NCBI GenBank assembly: GCA_040904565.1
Contig: JBBDTI010000018.1
Span: forward strand, 1 to 50,901
Length of the DNA: 50,901 bases
Reading direction: 5' to 3'
DNA from: Rhodothermales bacterium
GTDB lineage: Bacteria > Bacteroidota > Rhodothermia > Rhodothermales > VXPQ01
Part shown: positions 27,464-37,342 of the stretch, piece by piece
Layout of the letters: the number at the start of each line of letters is the position of its first letter
Numbering within the stretch: position 1 is the first letter of the stretch
Program-made: the position numbers and the translations under genes
Notes under the pieces: model-generated
Database searches by the model: none
What the model was told of the DNA's origin: nothing
Seen by the model: the letters and a program-made list of their open reading frames with translations, nothing else

Positions 27464-28678
27464 TTATTTGAACAGCAGCCGTGCGTAGGTCATCGGGCTG
27501 AGCAGCCGGCGGAGCGGCACGGCGCCGGTGAGCATCCCCGACAGCCACCGGGCAACTTCCTTGCTGGAAGTGGCGCGGTCGACGACGAGGTTCAGTAATG
27601 GTTTAAACCGCGCGATGCGCTGGAGTCGGTATGAGAGGCGAAGCTCCGGACCCAGCGTCGACCAGATGCGCTTCCGGTAGGATTCGCCCACGTCCACCCC
27701 GGACCCGGAAGCTGCCTCAGCCAGCATTTCCGCCGTTATTTTCCCGGAACACATCGCGTTGCCAATCCCTTCCCCCACGAACGGATCGATGAGTCCGGCA
27801 GCATCTCCGACGAGCAAGAACCCGGGGCCGTGCATACGGCGCTGCTTGCTCCCTACAGGCAGATTCCAGCCTACCACGCCCCCGATCGGCTCGGCGTTAC
27901 CGAAGCGGTCGCCGAATGCGGGCAGGCCGACGCATTCCCCATGTACGTCCCGCAGGCTAAGCCCCTTCTTCTTGAGGGTACTTTGAAGGATCCCAACGCC
28001 CACGTTGACCAGGTCGTCATCCACCGGAAAGATCCAGAAATAGCCCGGCTGGATGCGGTCGACGTAGTGAAGCTCGATCGTGTTCCGCTGTAAGGGTACG
28101 CCGCGGTAATAGGCACGGGTTGCGACGATCCAGTGATCGGGATCCGGGTCGTACAGTCCGGTTTTGCGCGCGACGATGGAGCTGAATCCGTCGGCCCCAA
28201 CCACATATCGGGCCGAAATCGAGTGGTGCTTCCCGTCGTCAGCCCGCCCGGTCACGCCGGTAATTCTTCCACCGTCGCCGCGGACCACGTCATCCACCCG
28301 GAAGCCTTCGAGGGTTTCGACCGCCGAACGGGCAGCGGAAAAGAGAATGTTGTCGAATACTTCGCGCCGGGAAACGAAGAAATGGTTGGATCCGGCACCG
28401 TCGGGATTCATGGGAACGCGGACGCGCGCACCGTCGGGCGACGAAAAAACGATCGCGTCAATACGCGTATGGGGATGGCGTTCGACGACGCCCAACAGGC
28501 CGAGCTCGTCGAGATACTGCATGCTCTTTCCCGAAATGGCGTCGCCGCAGATTTTGTCGCGGGGAAAGCGGTCCCGGTCGACGAGAAGAACGCGAAGACC
28601 GTGTCGCGCGGCGTACAGCGCGGTCGTGGACCCGCTCGGCCCACCTCCCACGACGACCGCATCGTAGTCGTACGTCAT
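27464..28678 (-). CDS. geranylgeranyl reductase family FAD oxidoreductase
   Basis: VVGGGPSG, FPRDKICGD, GADG, GYFWIFP, NVGVG, GDAAGLIDPF.GEGI..AM.SG. Confidence 0.9.
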   Translation of the reverse strand: MTYDYDAVVVGGGPSGSTTALYAARHGLRVLLVDRDRFPRDKICGDAISGKSMQYLDELGLLGVVERHPHTRIDAIVFSSPDGARVRVPMNPDGAGSNHFFVSRREVFDNILFSAARSAVETLEGFRVDDVVRGDGGRITGVTGRADDGKHHSISARYVVGADGFSSIVARKTGLYDPDPDHWIVATRAYYRGVPLQRNTIELHYVDRIQPGYFWIFPVDDDLVNVGVGILQSTLKKKGLSLRDVHGECVGLPAFGDRFGNAEPIGGVVGWNLPVGSKQRRMHGPGFLLVGDAAGLIDPFVGEGIGNAMCSGKITAEMLAEAASGSGVDVGESYRKRIWSTLGPELRLSYRLQRIARFKPLLNLVVDRATSSKEVARWLSGMLTGAVPLRRLLSPMTYARLLFK

Positions 28679-28736
28679 CCCTCACTTCCTTTCGTGTACA
28701 GGTGGGATCATCGATCGGATGCTCTCGGTGGGCGGG

Positions 28737-29825
28737 TCAGGCGGTGACCTGTTCCTCGTCCTCCTCCCAGTTCGCGATGGCGTCGAGCACGGCTTCGACG
28801 ATATCCTCTTCCGGCACGGTCCCTACGATCTGTCCGCGCTTGAACAGGTGCGCGCGCCCGCGTCCCAGCGAAATACCCAGGTCCGCCCCCGCAGCCTCCC
28901 CCGGTCCGTTTACGGCACAACCCATCAGCGCCACATTCAGGTCCTTATCGAACCGCGCCTCCTTGACGGCCTTCTCCACGTCCTTCACGATCGAGAACAG
29001 GTCGCCCTCCATGCGTCCACACGTCGGGCACGCGATGACGTTTACACCCGGCCGCCCCAGTCGGAGCGACTTGAGGATCTGGTGGCCCACGTCGACTTCC
29101 TGAACGGACGGCGCGGCCAGCGAAACGCGAATGGTGTCTCCGATGCCGTCGGCCAGCAGCGCGCCGATGCCGATAGCGCTCTTGATCGAGCCTGCCTCGA
29201 ACGAGCCGGATTCGGTCACGCCGAGATGGAGCGGATAGGGCGTCCGTTCCGCCAGCAGGCGGTACGCCTGGATCATGAAAAACACGTCGGAGTGCTTGAC
29301 CGAGATGACGATATCTTCGAATTCGTGCTTTCGGCAGATCTCGACGTGACGCATCGCGCTTTCAAAGAGGGCCTCCGGCTGGGGATACCCGTACTTGTCG
29401 AGAAGGTCTTTTTCGAGCGAGCCGGAGTTGACGCCGATCCGGATGGGAATGCCCGCTTCCTTCGCAGCCAGCAGCACCTCACGCTCCCATTCCGCTTTCC
29501 CGATGTTACCGGGATTGATGCGAACCTTTGCCACGCCCGCGTCGATCGCTTTGACAGCATACTGATAGTTGAAGTGGATGTCCGCCACGATGGGCACGGG
29601 CGAACCCTGGACGATATCCGGGAGGGCATCCACATCTTCCGGGCGTGGAACGGCCACACGCACGATATCCGCGCCGGCGTCCGCCAGCTGCCGGATCTCC
29701 CGCAGAGTGGCCTCCACGTCGTGCGTCTTCGACGTCGTCATCGACTGCACGGAGATAGGTGCGCCGCCGCCTATCTGGACACCGCCCACCCGTACGGGGC
29801 GCGTTTCTCGACGTGGTCTCTTCAT
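28737..29825 (-). CDS. ispG: HMBPP synthase IspG (short two-domain form)
   Basis: VQSMT, ADIHF, RINPGN, IRIGVNSGS, PLHLGVTE, GIGDTIRVSL, CPTCGR, GCAVNGPGE. Confidence 0.97.
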   Translation of the reverse strand: MKRPRRETRPVRVGGVQIGGGAPISVQSMTTSKTHDVEATLREIRQLADAGADIVRVAVPRPEDVDALPDIVQGSPVPIVADIHFNYQYAVKAIDAGVAKVRINPGNIGKAEWEREVLLAAKEAGIPIRIGVNSGSLEKDLLDKYGYPQPEALFESAMRHVEICRKHEFEDIVISVKHSDVFFMIQAYRLLAERTPYPLHLGVTESGSFEAGSIKSAIGIGALLADGIGDTIRVSLAAPSVQEVDVGHQILKSLRLGRPGVNVIACPTCGRMEGDLFSIVKDVEKAVKEARFDKDLNVALMGCAVNGPGEAAGADLGISLGRGRAHLFKRGQIVGTVPEEDIVEAVLDAIANWEEDEEQVTA

Positions 29826-29892
29826 GCCGGTTGCCTTTAAAGCCTGTTGGAGTCGCCCATGTAACTATCAGCGCACCACGGAGTTCACGCGG

Positions 29893-30978
29893 TCAGTTCC
29901 TGAGGCGGAGCCCGACGAGAACGGGAAGGTGGTCGGACAGATACGCGTCCAGCACTCGCGCCGAAATCACGTCCCACTCTTCGCTGACGAACACGTAATC
30001 GATGCGTACCAGCGGCAGACGGGTGTGGTACGTCATGCCCCAGCCCTTCCCCTTTTCACCAAAGGCGTCGCGAAGCCGGTCCGTTACGCGCCCGTATACC
30101 CAGTTGTTGGGTGTGCTGTTGAGATCTCCGAGAAGAATGACAGGCATGTCCTCTCCATCGACCATGCTCAGGATCTCCTCGACCTCCCACGCTCGCACGT
30201 CGTATGCGTCCCGATACTGCCTTAGATACGGCAGGAGGTTTCGGGGTCTAAAAAACGGAAGCGACTCCTCCTCCCAGGGTTTTTCGCCGAACGTTCGCAA
30301 ATGCACGTTGTACACCGCAATGTCGCGATGCTTCCATCGGATCTGGGTACGCGTGACGTGCGTGTAGACGGGATCGTTCGACGACCGGCGAAGCTGATAT
30401 TCATCCTGCCGCGCCAGCTGCTGTCTGCTGAACACCGGCTGCGGCGTGTAGGTCGGCCCGGTGCTCTGTGACGCCACGACGCCGTACCCGAGTGAGTCGT
30501 GCAACGCCTGCACGTAGGCGGGAGCCTGAAAGTGAGGGGATTCGGGATGATACGTGCTCGGCGCTTCCTGGAGTCCGATCACATCCGGATCCGCCCGCTG
30601 AATGAGGGCACTCATCTCAGCCGTCTTCGTCTTCGTCTCCATCTCATATCCCCACCAGCGTGGCACGTTGAAAGTCAGGACGGAGAGCGTGTCGCCCGAT
30701 GCATCCGAGGCACCGCTCCGGGTGTGCATCGGATTTGCCCGGACGACCATCAGCAGGATGAGCACCCCGTGCAGCAGCGCCAGCCTCCATCTGCCTGCGA
30801 CGACGATCGGTATCGTCGCCAAAATGACGGCGAGCCCCACGTAGGGCAGAACGACGGCCACGAGCTCGATCCACCACAGCACGTCAGGACGAATGAAATA
30901 CGCCATATAGCCGCCCAGAAACACGACGAGGAGGAGCGCGTCGAGCGCGAGGAGGATGGTGGTGAAAAGTTTCCGCAA
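29893..30978 (-). CDS. endonuclease/exonuclease/phosphatase family membrane protein
   Basis: Three N-terminal TMs; LTFNV, LQE, NVHL, GDLNSTP, RIDY.F, SDHLPV; start taken at TTG 30978. Confidence 0.9.
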   Translation of the reverse strand: MRKLFTTILLALDALLLVVFLGGYMAYFIRPDVLWWIELVAVVLPYVGLAVILATIPIVVAGRWRLALLHGVLILLMVVRANPMHTRSGASDASGDTLSVLTFNVPRWWGYEMETKTKTAEMSALIQRADPDVIGLQEAPSTYHPESPHFQAPAYVQALHDSLGYGVVASQSTGPTYTPQPVFSRQQLARQDEYQLRRSSNDPVYTHVTRTQIRWKHRDIAVYNVHLRTFGEKPWEEESLPFFRPRNLLPYLRQYRDAYDVRAWEVEEILSMVDGEDMPVILLGDLNSTPNNWVYGRVTDRLRDAFGEKGKGWGMTYHTRLPLVRIDYVFVSEEWDVISARVLDAYLSDHLPVLVGLRLRN

Positions 30979-31021
30979 GAGGCAGGGTTTACTTTGCAAA
31001 CGGCAAACGCCGGCGGACCGC

Positions 31022-31966
31022 TTAGCTGCGGCTCGCCTCATAAAGGATGCGCTTCTCTTCGTCCGTCAGCGCATCGTATCCCCGCTCGCTGATCTTATCG
31101 AGGATGCGGTCCACCTCCGCTTCGGCATCAACATCTTCCTCTTCCTCGGGCCGGCTTCGGTGGAGCGTATGAATCTTCGCCGGCCCCGTGCGCGGCTTCT
31201 TTCCAGCCGAGAACCACTGTTTCAGCCTGGCGGCGACACCGCTGCTCGACGAGCCGCGGCCGGATGAACGCCCTCCGTATCCATAGCCGCGCCCGCCCGG
31301 GAAGAAGATGCGCGCCCAGCTCGACAGATCCATGCCCCGCTGTTCTCCCCGGGCCAGCATATAACCGAAGAGGGCACCGCCAAGATGAGCGGAAACGGAC
31401 ATGTTGCTGCCGGAGATAAAAAGCACGTTCAGGACGAGATAGCCGATCACGAGGTAAATGAGGCGTACGGTGCCGATAAAAATCAACGCGACGCTCTTGT
31501 ACGGATATAGAAGAGCCACCGTCGTGATGACGCCGAGCACGGATGCGGACGCGCCGTGAACGACGCCCCCGAAAGCGCCTACGCCGGGAAGCAGCGCATG
31601 CAGCAGCACCGTAAGCAGCCCGCCTCCGAGTCCACCAAGCACGTACGCGGCAAACAGAGCGTGGCCACCGTGCAGCTCTTCATATTCCTTTCCGATCCAG
31701 TACAGCCAGAGCATGTTGAAGCCGATATGGATCAGCCCCCAGAAGCCCGACTGCAGGTGGAGAAAGCTGTACGTAATGAGCTGCCAGGGCTCGAAGAGAA
31801 TGCCCGGCAGGTCGGGATTGAGCGCGAGGTGATTCCAGACGAGAGAGGCCGTAGCGTCGACGTGGACGAATACGAGCAGCCACACCACGTAGATGACCAC
31901 GTTCACCGTCAGGAGAAACCTGAGCGCGCGCGGCTGGACGCTATACCATTGCTGAAAGCGATTCAC
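31022..31966 (-). CDS. rhomboid intramembrane serine protease with DUF6576-like C-terminal tail
   Basis: PWQLITYSFLH, H..FNM..L, GASA, AHLGGAL.G; tail EVDRILDKIS..GY..LT.EEK..L. Confidence 0.92.
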   Translation of the reverse strand: MNRFQQWYSVQPRALRFLLTVNVVIYVVWLLVFVHVDATASLVWNHLALNPDLPGILFEPWQLITYSFLHLQSGFWGLIHIGFNMLWLYWIGKEYEELHGGHALFAAYVLGGLGGGLLTVLLHALLPGVGAFGGVVHGASASVLGVITTVALLYPYKSVALIFIGTVRLIYLVIGYLVLNVLFISGSNMSVSAHLGGALFGYMLARGEQRGMDLSSWARIFFPGGRGYGYGGRSSGRGSSSSGVAARLKQWFSAGKKPRTGPAKIHTLHRSRPEEEEDVDAEAEVDRILDKISERGYDALTDEEKRILYEASRS

Positions 31967-32064
31967 TAAATCGATCCCTTCGGCTGACTCGAACGAGTTG
32001 GGCTAGCTAGTACCAGGATAGGAGCCGTGAGGTTGCGAGCTGTCGGAGGTGGACGGATGGTCCC

Positions 32065-32721
32065 CTACCAGCGCATGACCCGATCGGGCTTCTTGGGCAG
32101 CTTGCCTCGCCAGTACTGAATGAGAAGGAAGCCGAATACCATACCCGCGAGATGGGCGAAGTTGGCGACGCCCGCCTGGCTGCCCGTAACGCCGGCCCAG
32201 AGCTCGAGGGCGCCGAATCCGATCACGAGCCATTTGGCCTTTACGGGAAAGAGAAAATAGATGTAGATGGGCTGATTCGGAAACATCATGCCAAAGGCCA
32301 GGAGGATGCCGAACACGCCTCCGGAAGCACCTACGGTGGGATAGAGCTGCGTACCGAGAGTGACGACGATCAGCTGCACGATGCCGGCTCCGAGCACGCA
32401 GGCAAAGTAAAAGAGGCTGAATCGTCGGCTTCCCCAGACGTTCTCGATCTGGACGCCGAACATCCACAGAGCAAACATATTGAAAAGCAGGTGTGTGAAC
32501 CCGCCGTGGAGAAAGGCGTACGTGATCGTCTGCCAGGGCCAGAACGACGGGTATCCCGGTGGGACCCCCAAGGGCCAGAGTGCGAACCAGCGCATGAGCA
32601 TATCCGCCGTGCTCGGCACCATCTGGGCCAGGAAGACGAGCCCGTTCAGAATCAGCAGGTTCTTGATGACCGGCGGGAAGACCGAGAACTGCGTGGGGGG
32701 CCTATAGGTGTCCTGATACAT
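32065..32721 (-). CDS. rhomboid intramembrane serine protease
   Basis: WQ.ITYAFLH, HLLFNM, GASG catalytic Ser, AHLAGM.FG catalytic His. Confidence 0.94.
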   Translation of the reverse strand: MYQDTYRPPTQFSVFPPVIKNLLILNGLVFLAQMVPSTADMLMRWFALWPLGVPPGYPSFWPWQTITYAFLHGGFTHLLFNMFALWMFGVQIENVWGSRRFSLFYFACVLGAGIVQLIVVTLGTQLYPTVGASGGVFGILLAFGMMFPNQPIYIYFLFPVKAKWLVIGFGALELWAGVTGSQAGVANFAHLAGMVFGFLLIQYWRGKLPKKPDRVMRW

Positions 32722-32941
32722 TCGCTGCGTTCGGTATGGCGCTATGGGATGAAACTCTGCGGGGTGAGGTCTTGCACCGATTCCATCATAGGGTTGAGCA
32801 GCTTACAATGTTGCGAGCGAAAGTGGCCCCAACCAGGTCGTCCATCGAATTCCTCCGCGGTTCACCTCCGCAATACCTGCACTGCCGCGAGCACAAAGCT
32901 AAGAAAACGAGACGTCTCCGTGTCCGTCACCCCTTGAATCT

Positions 32942-33709
32942 ATGATTCTCTTCATATCGGACGTACACCTCGGCCGGGGGGATGTTGACACGGGCAGGGC
33001 CGTCGAGCGAGATCTCATCTCCTGCCTTTCCCACCACCGCAACGAGGTCGAACACCTGTACATTCTGGGAGATCTATTCGATGAATACATCGAGTACCGC
33101 CGGCTCGTCCCCAAGGGATTCGTGCGACTTCAAGGATTGCTCGCCGATTGGACGGATACGGGCATACCCGTTACGTACCTCGTAGGCAACCACGATCCCT
33201 GGCACATCGATTACTTCGAGGCCGAGCTCGGTGTCCGGATCGCCCACGACGTCGTAGCGTGCCGGCATCACGGAGTCTCCTTCCATCTCGCCCACGGCGA
33301 CGCCGTGGGTCATGCGTCGAGGCTCGAGGGCTGGCTAAAGGGGTGGCTCCGCCATCCCGTGCCGGTATGGCTGTACCGCTCCCTTCTTCCCGCCGACCTG
33401 GGGCTCGGTCTGGCTCGAGCCGTAAACCGGACGTTCGGCAACCGCGAGATCGACCGGGATCTGGCAGGGCGTCTCCGCGTAAAGGCTCGCAGGATCCTCG
33501 AAGACCATACGGTAGATGTGGTTATTCTTGGACACAGTCACCAGCCTGAATGCACCTCCTGGCCGGAGGGTGGCTATCTCAACCCCGGTTACTGGCACGA
33601 AAGTCGCTCGTTCGCACGTTTAGTAGACGGCGCCACACAGCTCGTACGCTGGAACGGACGATCGGTGGACGTCGTGCAAGATTATCTAAGACCTGTTGAT
33701 TCATCCTGA
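32942..33709 (+). CDS. lpxH: UDP-2,3-diacylglucosamine diphosphatase (LpxH-like metallophosphoesterase)
   Basis: SDVHLG, LGDLFD, GNHD, HGD, GHSH, YLNPG.W motifs. Confidence 0.8.
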   Translation: MILFISDVHLGRGDVDTGRAVERDLISCLSHHRNEVEHLYILGDLFDEYIEYRRLVPKGFVRLQGLLADWTDTGIPVTYLVGNHDPWHIDYFEAELGVRIAHDVVACRHHGVSFHLAHGDAVGHASRLEGWLKGWLRHPVPVWLYRSLLPADLGLGLARAVNRTFGNREIDRDLAGRLRVKARRILEDHTVDVVILGHSHQPECTSWPEGGYLNPGYWHESRSFARLVDGATQLVRWNGRSVDVVQDYLRPVDSS

Positions 33710-33717
33710 CGGCATTC

Positions 33718-36096
33718 ATGTCGAATTATTCCGACGACGAACTGGATCGGTATTTTCGAGATCCGTCCGTTCGTAGAAAGGCCGATGCCGCCGGGGGCGG
33801 CCGGAGGCCGTCGCGCGGACTCCGCGGCTTTTTCCATCGAAAGTATGCGAATGAGGACAAGGCGCAGGCCGCCTTCGCCCTGTCGCTCGTCGTCGCCGCC
33901 ATCGTGGCCGTCACATTGTTCGTCGGCGGATGGATCCTGCTTCTCTCCGACGACATGCCGAGCTTCGAGCAGCTCGACAATCCGGATCTTCAGCTTGCGA
34001 CCATCGCCTATACGGCCGACAACAGGGAGCTCGCTCGCTACGCCTTTCAAAATCGATCCTGGGTGAGCTACGAGGAAATCTCCCCGCACGTGATCAACGC
34101 GCTCGTCGCGACGGAGGACCGGCGGTTCTACAACCACTGGGGGATCGACGTCAGGGGGATCTTTTCGGCGCTTGCCGACATCGTGACCGAGTTCGACCTG
34201 CGCGGCGCCTCGACGATAAGCCAGCAGCTCGCTCGCAACCTGTACAATCAGGATATCGGATTCGAGGTCTCCTTTTCCAGAAAGCTGAAGGAAGCCATTA
34301 CGGCCCTCCAGCTCGAACGCCGCTACACGAAGCGGGAGATCATCGAGATGTACCTCAACACGGTGCCGTTCAGCAATAACGCGTACGGCATCGAGGCCGC
34401 GGCGCAGACGTATTTCAGTAAGCCGGTCGCCGATCTCTCACCGCTTGAAGGAGCTACGCTCATCGGTATGCTTCAGGCGACGACCTACTACAATCCGTAT
34501 CGTAACCCCGAGAACGCACAGCGTCGACGCAACGTGGTGCTCAGCCAGATGATGGGTGAGGGGTACATCAGTCGCGCATTCTACGAGGAGCACCGCGAAG
34601 ATCCGGTGGTGACGGATTACAATCCGTCGTCGGAACTGACGTCCAGCCTGGCCCCGTATTTCGCCGAGCAGGTTCGCCTCTGGATGCGGGAATGGGCCGC
34701 TGAAAACGGCTTCAACCTGTATTCGGACGGACTCCGTGTCTTTACGCCGCTGGACTCGCGCATGCAGGAGATGGCCAAACAGTCGGTGGACGTCAACATG
34801 GTCGGGCTGCAGTCCGTCGTAGACTATGAATGGAGCGACGGCGGCATGCGGTTCACCGAGCTCGAGCCGTATCTCAGGCAGACCGGCTACGAGCCGTGGG
34901 CCTCGTTCTGGCGAAACAATCCGGATTTCGTTATTTCGTTTATTCGCGGCACCGAACGATACCGATCCATGCGACGAAGCACGGATCTGTCAATCAGTGA
35001 AGCGGTCGCCGAGCTGCGGAGCAACGAGGCGTTCATGGATTCCCTGCGAACGGCCAAGACCCGCCTCGAAGCAGGACTCGTTTCCATCAATCCGCACAAC
35101 GGATACATCAAAGCCTGGGTAGGCGGACGGGATCTGGAAATCGAGTGGTACGACCACGTCAATAAGGCCGCACGCCAGCCCGGATCGACGTTCAAGCCGT
35201 TCGTATACACGGCAGCCATCGACAACGGCTGGTCGCCCTACTACCGGCTGCCGGATAGTACCCTTACCTATGTCGATCCGGTGACCAGACAGGTCTGGCA
35301 GCCCACCAACTTCGGTGGGTCGTCCGGACGGCAAATGACGCTCGCGGAAGCGCTGGCCACGTCGACCAATACGGTCACGGCGCGGGTCATCACCCAGCTC
35401 GTCAATCCGAGCCAGGTCGCTTTCTACGCCCGACGCATGGGCATCGAGAGTCCGCTCGACGAGGTGCCGGCGCTGGCTCTCGGCACGAGCGACGTGACGC
35501 TTCTGGAAATGACCACGGCCTACAGCACACTTGCCAACGGCGGACTCCGGTACGACCCCGTCTTTGTGACGCGGATCGAAGACCGCTACGGCAACGTGCT
35601 CTACGAACACAATCCGACGCCGGAAGAAGCGATCTCGGAAGAGACGGCCTACACGGTCGTGAACATGATGCGCGGGGTGATCAACCAGCCCAACGGCACG
35701 GGTCAGCGCGTACGCCATCAATATGGACTGGGCAACTTCGATCTGGCCGGAAAGACGGGCACGACGCAGGAGAGCGCCGACGGCTGGTTCATGCTCATGC
35801 ATCCCGATCTGGTGACGGGGGCCTGGGTCGGATTCAACGACCGCCGGGTCACCTTCCGGACGAACTGGTGGGGCCAGGGTGCGCACAATGCGCTCTTTCT
35901 CGTCGGCGATTACTTCCGCCGGCTCGTCGACGCCCAAGATATCGTGATCAGCGAAGAGCGATTCCCGCGCCCGGAAGAGCTCGGCGTCACGTTCGAGGAG
36001 CCGAGGGTCGAGGACCTGGACGATCGGCGTGACCCCAACGATGCCGGAGACTTCAACGACCGAAATGACAACGGCGACCGAAGGGTGGGCTGGTGA
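33718..36096 (+). CDS. class A penicillin-binding protein (PBP1A type)
   Basis: Transglycosylase motifs EDRRF..H.G, GASTI.QQ, RK.KE; transpeptidase motifs GSTFK, S.N, KTGT. Confidence 0.95.
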   Translation: MSNYSDDELDRYFRDPSVRRKADAAGGGRRPSRGLRGFFHRKYANEDKAQAAFALSLVVAAIVAVTLFVGGWILLLSDDMPSFEQLDNPDLQLATIAYTADNRELARYAFQNRSWVSYEEISPHVINALVATEDRRFYNHWGIDVRGIFSALADIVTEFDLRGASTISQQLARNLYNQDIGFEVSFSRKLKEAITALQLERRYTKREIIEMYLNTVPFSNNAYGIEAAAQTYFSKPVADLSPLEGATLIGMLQATTYYNPYRNPENAQRRRNVVLSQMMGEGYISRAFYEEHREDPVVTDYNPSSELTSSLAPYFAEQVRLWMREWAAENGFNLYSDGLRVFTPLDSRMQEMAKQSVDVNMVGLQSVVDYEWSDGGMRFTELEPYLRQTGYEPWASFWRNNPDFVISFIRGTERYRSMRRSTDLSISEAVAELRSNEAFMDSLRTAKTRLEAGLVSINPHNGYIKAWVGGRDLEIEWYDHVNKAARQPGSTFKPFVYTAAIDNGWSPYYRLPDSTLTYVDPVTRQVWQPTNFGGSSGRQMTLAEALATSTNTVTARVITQLVNPSQVAFYARRMGIESPLDEVPALALGTSDVTLLEMTTAYSTLANGGLRYDPVFVTRIEDRYGNVLYEHNPTPEEAISEETAYTVVNMMRGVINQPNGTGQRVRHQYGLGNFDLAGKTGTTQESADGWFMLMHPDLVTGAWVGFNDRRVTFRTNWWGQGAHNALFLVGDYFRRLVDAQDIVISEERFPRPEELGVTFEEPRVEDLDDRRDPNDAGDFNDRNDNGDRRVGW

Positions 36097-36164
36097 GACG
36101 CGGTTGAAGGTTGGATGGAAGAGGAACGTCGGCAGCTGCGAGCTGGAATAACCGTCAATTCCGG

Positions 36165-37004
36165 TTAAACGGTCCCATGCCACGTACGGTGGCCGGTCTG
36201 GCGCAGGGCTTCGGCGGCTGCTTCGGCCTGCGCCGCGTCCTCGAACACGCCGAAGACGGCGGAGCCGGACCCCGAGAGGGACGTGTAGGCGGCGCCCGCG
36301 TGCTCCAGGGCCGTTTTCGTCTCGGCGACGGCCGGGAATCGAGTTAGAAGGGGACCTTGAAAATCATTTATCAGCTCCTCTCGCCATCGTTCGAGGTCGT
36401 TTGAGAGCACCAGCTCGGCCAGATCCGGTCGGTCGTCGGCGTCCGGCTCGACGAGCTGATAGGCTTCAGCTGTCGATACGTGGACGGGAGGCACGACGAC
36501 GACGAGCGGATAGGGCAGCACGTAGGGCTCGTCCGTATCCGGGTCGAGGAGCGGCTCCAGTCGTTCACCCCGGCCCATACCGAGCGCGGCCGTCCCATCA
36601 TCCACAAAAAACGGCACGTCGGAGCCCAGCTGCGCGGCGATCTCGTGCAGTTCCTCGTTCGATCTGCCCAGGTCCCACACCTCGTTGAGCAGCAGGAGTG
36701 TTGCCGCCGCGTCGCTGGACCCGCCTCCGAGTCCGGCACCGGCAGGCAGGTGTTTTTCCAGGACGAGATGCGCGCCTCTCCGGACGTCGAGGCGTCGGGC
36801 CGCCTGGATCACCAGATTCCGCTCGTCCACGGGCAGGGACGCGTCCGTGCAGGTCAGACGCAGCGTATCGGCCGCCTCGGCGCGGAGCAGATCCGCCCAG
36901 GGAATACGGATGAATACCGTTTCGATGTCGTGGTAGCCGTCGCCTCGCCGTCGGAGCACGTGCAAGCCGAGATTGATCTTTGCGGGCGCATTACGATGGG
37001 ACAC
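36165..37004 (-). CDS. ispE: 4-diphosphocytidyl-2-C-methyl-D-erythritol kinase
   Basis: PAKINL.L, DGYH..ET, P.GAGLGGGSSDAA, GSDVPFF, SGSGS. Confidence 0.96.
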   Translation of the reverse strand: MSHRNAPAKINLGLHVLRRRGDGYHDIETVFIRIPWADLLRAEAADTLRLTCTDASLPVDERNLVIQAARRLDVRRGAHLVLEKHLPAGAGLGGGSSDAAATLLLLNEVWDLGRSNEELHEIAAQLGSDVPFFVDDGTAALGMGRGERLEPLLDPDTDEPYVLPYPLVVVVPPVHVSTAEAYQLVEPDADDRPDLAELVLSNDLERWREELINDFQGPLLTRFPAVAETKTALEHAGAAYTSLSGSGSAVFGVFEDAAQAEAAAEALRQTGHRTWHGTV

Positions 37005-37194
37005 GGTAAGCTGAGGTTAGTCAACGATACAGACACGCGGGTACACGGGGAACACGGCGACTGAGTCGCCTATTGAACCTGCCTCGAGGCTACCGCCGGG
37101 TCCTTTCCATCAAGGTTACGCCCCGTTTTGCAGCACCCACCGAAATGGATTACCTTTTGAGGAAGCGGCGTCGCATTTCCCCTTTGTCTTTTCC

Positions 37195-37316
37195 GCCTGA
37201 TATTCGCCTATAAGGAATATCGCTACAGGTTGAACCATCGTTTGATTCCGGACGCTCACGGTCAGCGCCATATACCGCTGGTTGCACCGTTGACCCGTCC
37301 TAAAACCTGTACAGGC
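37195..37316 (+). promoter_or_regulatory. candidate structured 5' leader of the polysaccharide operon
   Basis: Nested complementary segments GCCTG/CAGGC, TACAGGTT/AACCTGTA, GGACG/CGTCC and GGTCAGCG/CGTTGACC, plus a side hairpin ATATTC/GAATAT. Confidence 0.3.
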
Positions 37317-37342
37317 ACTCTGCACCTACACCACCAAACTAC

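Noticed and set aside
37090-37097. ops-like GGCGGTAG near the polysaccharide operon
   Set aside because: It is on the minus strand, pointing to ispE and away from the operon. The same 8-mer occurs at 3135-3142 and is expected by chance in GC-rich DNA.
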